This document shows, in pieces, positions 1-10,117 of a stretch of 64,000 nt of DNA. The stretch spans positions 117,309 through 181,308 of the forward strand of contig CAVZWC010000004.1 in assembly GCA_963778855.1 (NCBI GenBank). Reading direction: 5' to 3'. This DNA is from an uncultured Gammaproteobacteria bacterium. Lineage in GTDB: Bacteria > Pseudomonadota > Gammaproteobacteria > Steroidobacterales > Steroidobacteraceae. The notes under the pieces are model-generated. The model saw only the letters and a list, made by a program, of their open reading frames with translations, was not told the origin of the DNA and made no database searches. A program made the translations under genes and the position numbers. The stretch's first letter is position 1, and each line of letters opens with the position of its first letter.

Positions 1-1261
1 TACAGCTGGCGCCCGAGTCCCTCGACGTTGAGCAGCGTCTTCTGCAGCAGGATCAGCTGCGGCTGGATCTGCCCGTCGAAGCGCCGCAGCGCCTCGAACA
101 GCCGCAGCAGCACGGCGCCGAAGGAGATCTCGCTTCAGCGGGCGGTCGAAGATCGGCTCGCAGATCGTGCGCACCGCGGACTCCAGCTCGTCGACGCGCG
201 TGGCCGGCGGCACCCAGCCGGCTTCGCAGGTGCAGCTCGGCGACGCGCCGGTAGTCGCGGTCGAAGACCGCGAGGAAGTTCTCGGCGAGGTAGCGCTGGT
301 CGCGCGCCTCGAGCGTGCCGACGATGCCGAAGTCGACCGCCGCGTAGCGCGGCTGCTTCGGGTCGTCGACGAGCACGAAGATGTTGCCCGGGTGCATGTC
401 GGCGTGGAAGAAGTTGTGGCGGAACACCTGGGTGAAGAAGATCTCGACGCCGTTCTCGGCCAGGCGCTGGATGTCGGTGCCGCGCGCGCGCAGCGTCGCC
501 GAGGTCGCTGATCGGCACGCCGTGGATGCGCTCCATGACCATGACGTCGGCGCGGCACAGCTCCCAGTGCACCTCCGGCACGTACAGCAGCGTCGAGCCG
601 GCGAAATTGCGCTTCAGCTGCGCGGCGTTGGCCGCCTCGCGCATCAGGTCGAGCTCGTCGAGGATGGTCTTGTCGTATTCGCGCACCACCTCGATCGGCC
701 GCAGGCGCCGCGCCTCGCGGCCAGTAGCGCTCCGCGAGCCGGCCAGCGCGTACAGCACCTCGAGGTCGCGCGCGATCAGCTCGCGCATGCCCGGGCGCAG
801 CACCTTGACGACGACCTCGCGGCCGTCGAGCAGCCGCGCCACGTGCACCTGCGCGATCGAGGCCGCGGCCAGCGGCTCTCGTCGAAGCTGCGCGAACAGC
901 TCCGCGAGCGGCCGGCCGTAGCGCCGCCTCGACGGCTGGCGCGCGCCTGCGTGCCCGGGAAGGGCGGCACCCGGTCCTGCAGCTTCGCCAGCTCGTCGGC
1001 GATGTCCGCGGCAGCAGGTCGCGGCGCGTGGACACCGCCTGGCCGAACTTGACGAAGATCGGCCCCAGCTCCTCGAGCGCGAGCCGCAGCCGCTCGCCGC
1101 GCGTGCTGCCGCGGCGGCGCTCGAACCAGGTCCAGGGCGAGAGGAAGAACAGGAAGCGCAGCGGCCGGTACAGGTGCGTCGCGCGCACGAAGTCGTCGAG
1201 CCCGTGGCGCACCAGCACGCGCTGGATCTCGAGCAGCCGCGCGGCGACGCGCGGCTGTCAT
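1..1261 (-). pseudogene. ubiB: UbiB (ABC1/ADCK-family ubiquinone biosynthesis protein). The C-terminal part runs off the left edge and the reading frame is broken several times.
   Basis: Minus-strand fragments in three frames carry UbiB hallmarks: the start [20 protein letters not shown] (ATG at 1261), [46 protein letters not shown] and [13 protein letters not shown]. It lies downstream of ubiE-ubiJ, as in the canonical operon. Confidence 0.85.
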
Positions 1262-1885
1262 GCGCCGTCCCGCGGCCGGCGCGAGCGTGGCGAGGCGCTC
1301 TGCCAGCGCGGCGGTGCGCCGCTCGGCGTCGGCCAGCCGGGCGCGCAGCGCGTCGACGCCGCCGAGGAACTCCTCGACCTCCGCACGCGGCACCAGGTCG
1401 CGGCTCTCGTGGGCCAGGTACTCGGCGACGTTGCGCGCCAGCGATTCGCCGGCGTCGCGGCCCCAGCGGCCGAGCAGCCGCAGCCCGCGCGCGGCGAAGT
1501 GCGCCGGCACGCGACCGACGAGGCCGCCGAGCGCCTCCTCGAGGTCCGGGCGCAGCAGCCGCGCAGCTCCTGGAATTGCTGCGCGAGCTCTGCGTCGCCG
1601 CTCGAGGCTGGCGGCGCCGCGCGCCACGACCGCGCGCGCGTCGGCGCCCGCCATCGCCAGCAGCGCCAGCGGGCTGCCCGTCAGCGTAGCGTCCGCGGAG
1701 GCGGTCGCGTCGGCGGCGGGCCCGACCTCGAGCCGGCCGCCCGTGGCGCAGACTTCGAAGCTCGCCGGGATCCCACGCACGTCGATCCTGAGCCGCCGGC
1801 CCTCGAGTCCGGCGCACAGCTCGCGCGCGCGCGGCGAGCGCTCGAGCGAGCGCGCGAGCAGGCGATTGAGCGAGGCGGCCAGCAC
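1258..1885 (-). CDS. ubiJ: UbiJ-like SCP2-domain ubiquinone biosynthesis accessory factor
   Basis: It sits between ubiE and ubiB, with a GTG at 1885 two nt after the ubiE stop. UbiJ-like strings are LNRLLARSLE, LRPDLEEALGGLVGRVPAH and a C-terminal coiled segment. The expected GDAELAQQFQEL segment near 1560-1610 reads only in a shifted frame, which suggests a compensating indel pair. The exact stop is uncertain (ATGA overlap with ubiB expected). Confidence 0.65.
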
Positions 1886-1887
1886 TG

Positions 1888-2702
<815 letters not shown>

Positions 2703-2784
2703 TCATTTTGCCGGCAGTCGTCTAGAATTCCGACCCGGTTGGCAACCCAAAAGGTCCAATCAGTGGGGGTCTTGTTTGAGAACT

Positions 2785-2810
2785 GGCCGGGCATTGCCCG
2801 GCCTTTCTTT
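2785..2810 (+). terminator. Intrinsic-terminator-like hairpin (8-bp GC stem GGCCGGGC/GCCCGGCC, 3-nt loop) followed by TTTCTTT on the + strand
   Basis: Read directly: ggccgggc att gcccggcc tttcttt. It lies 15 nt beyond the stop of the minus-strand DUF971 gene, but the T-tract is on the + strand, where no gene is annotated upstream. Confidence 0.45.
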
Positions 2811-2818
2811 GTGGCTGC

Positions 2819-3187
2819 TTATGGTGACCCCACACTCCGCGTGATGCCCGCCTGTTCCAGCCGCCGCAAGTACCTGAGCCACCGCGCATCCTGCTCCGAG
2901 CCAAGCTCGTACAGGTATTTCCAGGTGTACAGCCCGGTGTCGTGGCCGTCGTCGAACAGCAGGCGGACGGCGTAATGCCCGATTGGCTCCACGGTCTTGA
3001 TGCCCACTTCCTCCTTGCCCGACACCAGCACGCCGCCGCCGGCGCCGTGGCCCTGTACCTCCGCGGAGGGCGAGTGCACGCGCAGGTACTCGGCCGGCAG
3101 CTCGAAACGGGCACCGTCGGCGAACTCGACCTCGAGCAGGCGCGACCGGGTGCGCAGGCGGATCGACGTTGGGGCAGGTACACTCAT
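2819..3187 (-). CDS. DUF971 (gamma-butyrobetaine hydroxylase-like N-terminal domain) protein
   Basis: The ORF has an ATG at 3187 (MSVPAPTSIRL..). The pattern LEVEFADGARFELPAEYLRVHSPSAEV..YAVRLLFDDGHDTGLYTWKYLYELG is typical of DUF971. Confidence 0.7.
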   Translation of the reverse strand: MSVPAPTSIRLRTRSRLLEVEFADGARFELPAEYLRVHSPSAEVQGHGAGGGVLVSGKEEVGIKTVEPIGHYAVRLLFDDGHDTGLYTWKYLYELGSEQDARWLRYLRRLEQAGITRSVGSP

Positions 3188-3234
3188 CGCACGCGCTCGC
3201 CTAAACCCTGGCCTTTTGCTATACAAACAGACCC

Positions 3235-5015
3235 GTGAACCCTACTGATACCTCGCATCCCGACTATTATCATCGCGTCGTCGACTGCCAGTGGGCCTGC
3301 CCGGCCCACACCGACGTGCCGGAATACATCCGCCTGATCGCCCAGGGCCGCTTCACCGACGCCTACCTGGTCAACCGCGAGTCCAACGTCTTCCCGGGCA
3401 TCCTCGGCCGCGTCTGCGACCGCCCCTGCGAGCCCGCCTGCCGCCGCGGCCGCGTCGAGGAGAAGCCGGTCGCGATCTGCCGCCTGAAGCGCGTCGCCGC
3501 CGACCACCGCGACGACCTGACCGGCCGGCTGCCGCGCGCGCCGGAGCAGAGGAACGGCAAGCGCGTCGCCTGCATCGGCGCGGGGCCGGCGTCGCTCACG
3601 GTCGCCAACGATCTGGTGCCGCTCGGCTACGAGGTCACGATCTTCGAGCAGCTCGGCGACGCCCGGCGGCCTCATGCGCACCAACATCCCCTCGTTCCGC
3701 CTGCCGCAGACGGTGCTCGACGAGGAGATCGGCATGATCCTCGACATGGGCGCCGACCTGCGGCTCGACACGCCGGTCACGAGCATGCGCGAGCTGCTGC
3801 GACGAACAGGGCTTCGACGCGGTGTTCGTCGGCTCCGGCGCGCCCAAGGGCAAGGAGCTGGAGCTGCCGGGCCGCCACGACACCGACCGCATCCACATCG
3901 GCATCGACTGGCTCGAGTCGGTCGCCTTCGGCCACATCGACAAGATCGGCGAGCGCGTGCTGATCATCGGCGTCGGCAACACCGCGATGGACTGCTGCCG
4001 CACCTCGCTGCGCCTCGGCGCCAAGAGCGTGAAGGTCATGGCGCGCAAGCCGCGCGGCTTCTTCAAGGCCTCCGACTGGGAGCTCGAGGACGCCGAGGAC
4101 GAGAACGTCGAGATCGTCGTCAACCACTCGCCGAAGGCCTTCGTGATCGAGAACGGCAAGCTCACCGGCATGCTGTTCGACAAGATGGAATACGAGCTCG
4201 AGGACGGCCGCATCACCGCCGAGCGCGTGCTCGGCGAAGAACTGCTTCCCTGCGACGACGTGATCCTCGCCATCGGCCAGGAGAACGCCTTCCCGTGGAT
4301 CGAGCGCGACCTCGGCATCGAGTTCGACAAGTGGAACGTGCCGAAGGTCGACGCCAGCCACCTTCCAGTCGACGCGCCCGGGCGTGTTCTTCGGCGGCGA
4401 CGCCGCCTTCGGCCCCAAGAACATCATCTGGGCGGTCGAGCACGGCCACCAGGCCGCGATCTCGATCCACCAGTATCTGCCAGGGCAAGCCGCTGGACCG
4501 AGCGGCCGGCGCGCGGCGTGAAGCTCGGCAGCCGCAAGATGGGCATGCACGAGTGGGCCTACAGCAACGACTACAACGCCGCCGAGCGCCGGCTGGTGCC
4601 GCACGTCTCGCTCAAGGAGCGCTTCAAGAAGATCAACATCGAGGTCGAGCTCGGCTTCACGCGCCGAGCAGGCGGCGCAGGAAGTGCAGCGCTGCCTCAA
4701 CTGCGACGTGCAGACGGTGTTCGACGCGAAGCTGTGCATCGAGTGCGACGCCTGCATCGACATCTGCCCGGTCGACTGCCTGACGATCACGCCGAACGGC
4801 ACCGAGGCCGAGCTGCGCACGCGCCTGAAGGCGCCGGCCAAGAATCGCGACGCAGGCGCTGTACGTGTCCGCGCGCGCTGCCGCAGACCGCGCGCGTCAT
4901 GGTCAAGGACGAGGACCTCTGCGTGCACTGCGGCCTGTGCGCCGAGCGCTGCCCGACGGCCGCCTGGGACATGCAGAAGTCGACGATCCATTGGCCCCAC
5001 GCCGGACGACGGTGA
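3235..5015 (+). pseudogene. GltD-like FAD/NAD(P)-dependent oxidoreductase with C-terminal 2x[4Fe-4S] ferredoxin domain, multiply frameshifted
   Basis: Fragments in all three + frames read DCQWACPAHTDVPEYIRLIAQGRF, VACIGAGPASLTVANDL, FVGSGAPKGKELELPGR, LIIGVGNTAMDCCR, FFGGDAAFGPKNIIWAVEHGHQAA, CLNCDVQTVFDAKLCIECDACIDICP and LCVHCGLCAERCP. I infer at least about 8 frame changes. Confidence 0.8.
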
Positions 5016-6891
5016 ACCCGCATGCCAGCTACGCAGCGCCAAACCGCGTCAACGATTTCGTCATCAAGATCGCCAACGTCAACGGCACCGGCTCGGCCAG
5101 CGCCAACTCGCTGCTCATGAAGGCGATCTTCCGCAGCGGCGTGCCGGTGATCGGCAAGAACTACTTCCCGTCGAACATCCAGGGGCTGCCGACCTGGTAC
5201 GAGATCCGCGTCACCCGCGACGGCCACCTGCGCCGCGCCGCGGCGCGGTCGACATCATGGTGGCGATGAACGCCGAGACCTACGCGCGCGACGTGCAGGA
5301 GGTCGCGCTCCGGCGGCTACCTCATCTACGACTCCACCTGGCCGCGCGCCGGCGCTGCTGCAGCGCGACGACATCACGGTGCTCGGCGTGCCGCTCGCGC
5401 AGCTGTGCAACGAGAACTTCAACGGCGTGCGCAACCGCATCCTGATGAAGAACATCTGCTACGCGGGCGTGCTGGCGGCGCTGCTCGACCTCGACCTCGG
5501 GCGTCATCCGCGACGCTGCTGGCCGAGACCTACGCCAAGAAGCCGCAAGCTGCGTCGACACCAACATGAAGGCGATCCAGCTCGGCTACGACTACGCGCA
5601 GCGAGCACTTCACCTGCCCGCTGCCGCTGCGCGTCGAGCAGCTCGACAAGACCGCGCGGCCACATCATGATCGACGGCAACACCGCCGCGGCGCTGGGCT
5701 GCGTGTACGCCGGCGCCACGGTCGGCGCCTGGTATCCGATCACGCCCGTCGACCTCGCTGATGGACGCCTTCAAGGGCTTCTGCGACCGCTGCGCGTCGA
5801 TCCGGCGACCGGCCGCAAGAACTTCGCTGGTGATCCAGGCCGAGGACGAGCTGGCCGCGATCGGCATGGTGATCGGCGCCATCGTGGAACGGCGCGCGCG
5901 CCTTCACCGCCGACCAGCGGGCCCGGGCATCTCGCTGATGAACGAGTTCCTCGGGCTCGCCTACTACGCCGAGGTGCCGGCGGTGGTCTTCGACGTGCAG
6001 CGCGTCGGACCCTCCACCGGCATGCCGACGCGCACCCAGCAGTGCGACATCATTCGGCTGCGCCTACGCCTCGCACGGCGACACGCGCCACGTGTGCCTG
6101 TTCCCGGCCAACCCGGAGGAATGCTTCTACATGTCGCGCCGCAGGCCTTCGATCTGGCCGAGCGCCTGCAGACGCCGGTGTTCGTGCTGTCCGACCTCGA
6201 CATCGGCATGAACGACTGGATGTGCCGCGACCTCAAGTGGGACGACGCCTACGTGCCCGATCGCGGCAAGGTGCTCGACGAGGAGCAGCTCGACGAAGCT
6301 CGAGAAGTTCTAGCGCTACGTCGACCACGACGGCGACGGCATCCCCTACCGCACCCTCCCGGGCGTGCAGCCCCAAGGGCGCGTACTTCACGCGCGGCTC
6401 CGGCCACAACCAGTACGGCGCCTACACCGAGGACTCGGCCGAGTACCAGGTGGTGCTCGACCGGCTGCGCAAGAAGTGGATCACGGCCGCGACGCCTGGT
6501 GCCGCAGCGCGGTGATCGAGTCGCCGGCGGGCAGCGAGCTCGGCATCGTCACGCTCGGCAGCTGCGACGGCGCCGTCCGCGAGGCGCATCGACGCGCCTC
6601 GGCCGCGCAGGGCGTGCACGCTCGACTACATGCGCGTGCGCGGCTTCCCGTTCGGCGAGGAGGTCGAGCACTTCCTCGCCGCGCACCAGCTGCAATGTTC
6701 GTCGTCGAGCAGAATCGCGACGCGCAGCTGCGCGCGCTGCTGACGCTCGAGACCGGCGTCGCGAAGAGCCAAGCTGCGCTCGATCCTGCACTACAACGGC
6801 ATGCCGCTGTCCGCCGACTTCATCGTCGACGGCGTCATGGCCGAGGTGCAGGACGACGCCGCGCCCGACGGCGCAACTGGTGCGCAAATGA
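5012..6891 (+). pseudogene. korA: 2-oxoglutarate/2-oxoacid:ferredoxin oxidoreductase subunit alpha (KorA), multiply frameshifted
   Basis: GTGA overlap with the preceding gene. Fragments are DFVIKIANVNGTGSASANSLLMKAIFRSGVPVIGKNYFPSNIQGLPTWYEIRV, IMIDGNTAAALGCVYAGATVGAWYPITP, IQAEDELAAIGMVIGA, GISLMNEFLGLAYYAEVPAVVFDVQRVGPSTGMPTRTQQ and FVVEQNRDAQL. The end is set at the TGA that overlaps the korB ATG. Confidence 0.8.
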
Positions 6892-7952
6892 GCTTCATGG
6901 CCAAACCCAAGGTCGCCCATCCCGTCGCTGCCGAAGAACGCGCTCGGCCTCACGCGCCGCGACTACGAGGGCGCGCATGTCGACGCTGTGCGCCGGCTGC
7001 GGCCACGACTCGATCACGGCCGCGATCGTCGAGGCCTGCTGGGGCCTGTCGATGCGAGCCGCAGCAGCTGGTCAAGCTCTCCGGCATCGGCTGCTCCTCG
7101 AAGACCACCGCCTACTTCGTCAGCGGCGCGCACGGCTTCAACTCCGTGCACGGCCGCATGCCCTCGATCGCCACCGGCGCCAACGCCGCCAACCGCAAGC
7201 TGCACTACATCGGCGTCTCCGGCGACGGCGACACGCTGTCGATCGGCCTCGGCCAGTTCTGCCACGCGATCCGCCGCAACCTCAACATGCTGTACATCAT
7301 CGAGAACAACGGCGTCTACGGGCTCACCAAGGGCCAGTTCTCGGCCTCGGCCGACATCGGCACCAAGGCCAAGAAGGGCGAGGCCAACCAGCAGCCGCCG
7401 ATCGACCCGGTGCTGCTGGCGCTGACGCTCGGCGCCACCTTCGTCGCGCGCAGCTTCTCGGGCGACAAGGCGCAGCTGGTGCCGCTGATCCAGGCGGGCA
7501 TGCATGCACCAGGGCTTCGCGCTCATCGACGTGCTCTCGCCCTGCGTGACCTTCAACGACCACGAGGGCTCGACCAAGAGCTACGCCTACACGCGCGAGC
7601 ACTACGAGCCGGGTCGTGCACGCCGACTTCGTGCCGCCGGCGCCGCGAGATCAGCGGCAGACTACGCGCGAGGGCGAGAGCGCTGCCGGTGACGATGCAC
7701 GACGGCAGCCGCATCGTGCTGCGCAAGCTCGATCCGGCCTACGACCCCACCGATCGCAGCGCGGCGCTGGCGCACATCCACGAGCGGCTGCAGGCGCAGG
7801 AATACCTGACCGGGCTGCTGCACATTGAGCCCGCGCAGCCCGAGTTCCACGAGCTCAATGTCACGCCCGACGAGCCGCTGAACGCGATGCCCTACGCGCG
7901 GCTCAATCCGGGCGCGGCGGCGCTGGCGAAGACCCTGGCGCGCTTCCGCTGA
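6888..7952 (+). pseudogene. korB: 2-oxoglutarate/2-oxoacid:ferredoxin oxidoreductase subunit beta (KorB), frameshifted
   Basis: MSFMAKPKVAHP.., MSTLCAGCGHDSITAAIVEA, LSGIGCSSKTTAYF..HGRMPSIATGANAAN..GDGDTLSIGLGQFCHAIRRNLNMLYIIENNGVYGLTKGQ (TPP motif), and GFALIDVLSPCVTFND. The C-terminus is intact up to the stop at 7952. Confidence 0.85.
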
Positions 7953-8017
7953 CGTTTGCGCCACGGCGCGCGAATCTCTAGACTCGGCGCCCTTCGTCAG
8001 CAGCTGGAGAAGCTTAA

Positions 8018-8134
8018 GTGGGCAAGGGTGATCGCAAGACGCGTCGCGGCAAGATCTACGCCGGTTCCTTTGGCAAGTCGCGCCCCAAGGATCCGGCCAA
8101 GCGCAAGGCGGCGGCGAAGCGGACGCGAAGGTAG
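8018..8134 (+). CDS. 30S ribosomal protein Thx (bTHX), 38 aa. It is not in the ORF track because it is below the length cutoff.
   Basis: My translation is VGKGDRKTRRGKIYAGSFGKSRPKDPAKRKAAAKRTRR*. It starts at a GTG preceded by GGAGA 8 nt upstream. The GKGDxxTxRGK signature is that of the Thx family. Confidence 0.75.
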   Translation: MGKGDRKTRRGKIYAGSFGKSRPKDPAKRKAAAKRTRR

Positions 8135-8176
8135 CCGCGATCCCGCGCCGGGCGCGACTTCAGGCCGCGCGCCGCT

Positions 8177-10117
8177 TCAGGCCGGGCGCTTGAGCGACAG
8201 CCGGCTCTGGGTGCGGCCGGGGTCGTCCGCCGCCAGGTCCTGGGAGTGGCCGCCGCGCCGGATCAGCGCGGCGAACTCCGCCGCCGGCATCGGCTTGCTG
8301 TAGTGGTAGCCCTGGTACTGGTCGCAGCCCAGCATCTGCAGGAACTCCAGCTGTTCCGGCGTCTCGACGCCCTCGGCGATGACCTTGAGCTTGAGCGTGT
8401 GGCCGAGTGAGACGATCGCGCTGACGATCGAGGCGTCGTCGTTGCTCGAGGTCACGTCGCTGATGAAGGTGCGGTCGATCTTGAGCTTGTCGATCGGGAA
8501 GCGCTGCAGGTAGCTCATGCTCGAGTAGCCGGTGCCGAAGTCGTCCACCGACACCAGCACGCCCATCTCGCTGAGCTTGCGCAGGATGCTGACCGACTCC
8601 TCCGGATCGCTCATGAGCGCGCTCTCGGTGATCTCGACCTCGAGGAAGGCCGGGTCGAGGCGGTATTCCTCCAGCGCCTGGCGGATCGTCGCCAGCAGCG
8701 TGCCGTTGCGGAACTGGAACGCCGACAGGTTGACGGCCACGCGTGTGGGCGTGAGGCCCTCGTCCTGCCAGGCACGGGCCTGGCGGCAGGCCTCGCGTAT
8801 CACCCAGTTGCCGATGGACTCGATCAGGCCGCATTCCTCGGCCAGCGGGATGAAGACCGCCGGCGCGACCGGGCCGCGCTCGGGGTGCAGCCAGCGGATC
8901 AGGGCCTCGGCGCCACGCACCAGGCCGCTCTGGGCGTCGACCTTGGGCTGGTAGTGGAGCACGAACTGGCCGCGCGCGAGCGCGTGGTGCAGGTCGCTCT
9001 CGAGCTTGCCGCGGTCCTGGGTGGCGGCATCCATGCCGGGCGTGAAGAACTGCACGTCGTTGCGGCCCTGCTGCTTGACGCAGTACATCGCCGCGTCGGC
9101 GTGCGCCATGAGCGCCTCGACGCTGCTGCCGTCCTGCGGATAGAGCGCGATGCCGATGCTGGCGGAAGTGTGGATCTCCTGCTCACCGATGCGCAGCGGC
9201 TGGTGCAGGACCGCGAGCGCGCGCTGCGCCACCGCCTGCGCGTCCGTCGGCTGCGCCAGGTTGTCGATGATCATGACGAACTCGTCGCCGCCGAGGCGCA
9301 CTACGGTGTCGATGCTGCGTGCAACGCCCTGCAGGCGGGCGGCGACCTCCTTGAGCAGGGTGTCGCCGGCGCCGTGGCCGAAGGAGTCGTTGACCACCTT
9401 GAAGCGGTCGAGGTCGAAGACCGCGACCGCGAAGCTGTGGCCGTCGCGCGCGGCGTGGGCGATCGCCTGCGACAGCCGGTCCTCGAGCAGGATGCGGTTC
9501 GGCAGGCCGGTGAGCGCGTCGTGGGTGGCGAGGTGGCGCAGCTGGCGGTTGGCGGCCTCGAGCCCGCGGGTGCGATCCTCGACCACGCGCTCCAGGCTCT
9601 CGACGTGGCGCCGCAGCGTCAGCTCGTTCTGCCACTTGCGCGTCAGCGCGCTCGCGCACTGCATGACCTCGATCGGCTCGAAGGGCTTCTTGACGACCAG
9701 CAGCTTGTCGGAGTGGTCGAGGCGCGCGACCACTTCGGTCCAGTCGTAGTCGGAGTGCGCCGAGCAGATCACGACCTGCACGTTCGGGTCGATCGCCCAC
9801 AGGCGCTGGATGGTCTCGAGGCCGTCCCATCCCGGCGGCATGCGCATGTCGACGAAGGCGAGCGCGTAAGGGTGCCCGGCCTCGAGCGCGCGCCGCGCCT
9901 GCTCGACGCCCTGCTGGCCCTGCAGCGCGGTGTCGACCTCGAAGCACTGGCGGGTGCTGGCCGCGACCGGCTCGCCGAGCAAGGCGCGCTCGGCCTCGAG
10001 CAGCGCCGACTCGGCGCCCTGCTCGGGGCCGAGGATCTTGACGAAGTCTTCGTGGATCGACGGGTTGTCGTCGATTACGAGCACGCGGCGGTTGCCGGCG
10101 TGGGAATTAGTGGCCAT
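8177..10117 (-). CDS. Response regulator with REC-GGDEF-EAL architecture (c-di-GMP turnover)
   Basis: Intact 646-aa ORF. It has an N-terminal receiver (VLVIDDNPSIH..AFVDMRMPPGWDG), an intact GGDEF motif (VVRLGGDEFVM) and EAL-domain motifs (GAEALIRW, EVEITES, DDFGTGYSS). Its start overlaps the stop of the upstream kinase by 11 nt. Confidence 0.9.
   Translation of the reverse strand: MATNSHAGNRRVLVIDDNPSIHEDFVKILGPEQGAESALLEAERALLGEPVAASTRQCFEVDTALQGQQGVEQARRALEAGHPYALAFVDMRMPPGWDGLETIQRLWAIDPNVQVVICSAHSDYDWTEVVARLDHSDKLLVVKKPFEPIEVMQCASALTRKWQNELTLRRHVESLERVVEDRTRGLEAANRQLRHLATHDALTGLPNRILLEDRLSQAIAHAARDGHSFAVAVFDLDRFKVVNDSFGHGAGDTLLKEVAARLQGVARSIDTVVRLGGDEFVMIIDNLAQPTDAQAVAQRALAVLHQPLRIGEQEIHTSASIGIALYPQDGSSVEALMAHADAAMYCVKQQGRNDVQFFTPGMDAATQDRGKLESDLHHALARGQFVLHYQPKVDAQSGLVRGAEALIRWLHPERGPVAPAVFIPLAEECGLIESIGNWVIREACRQARAWQDEGLTPTRVAVNLSAFQFRNGTLLATIRQALEEYRLDPAFLEVEITESALMSDPEESVSILRKLSEMGVLVSVDDFGTGYSSMSYLQRFPIDKLKIDRTFISDVTSSNDDASIVSAIVSLGHTLKLKVIAEGVETPEQLEFLQMLGCDQYQGYHYSKPMPAAEFAALIRRGGHSQDLAADDPGRTQSRLSLKRPA

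Noticed and set aside
135-1817. 560-aa minus-strand ORF spanning ubiB and ubiJ
   Set aside because: It is a chimeric read-through. Only short stretches match UbiB (for example [29 protein letters not shown]). The rest is out-of-frame Arg/Ala-rich sequence created by indels and the absence of stops in GC-rich DNA.
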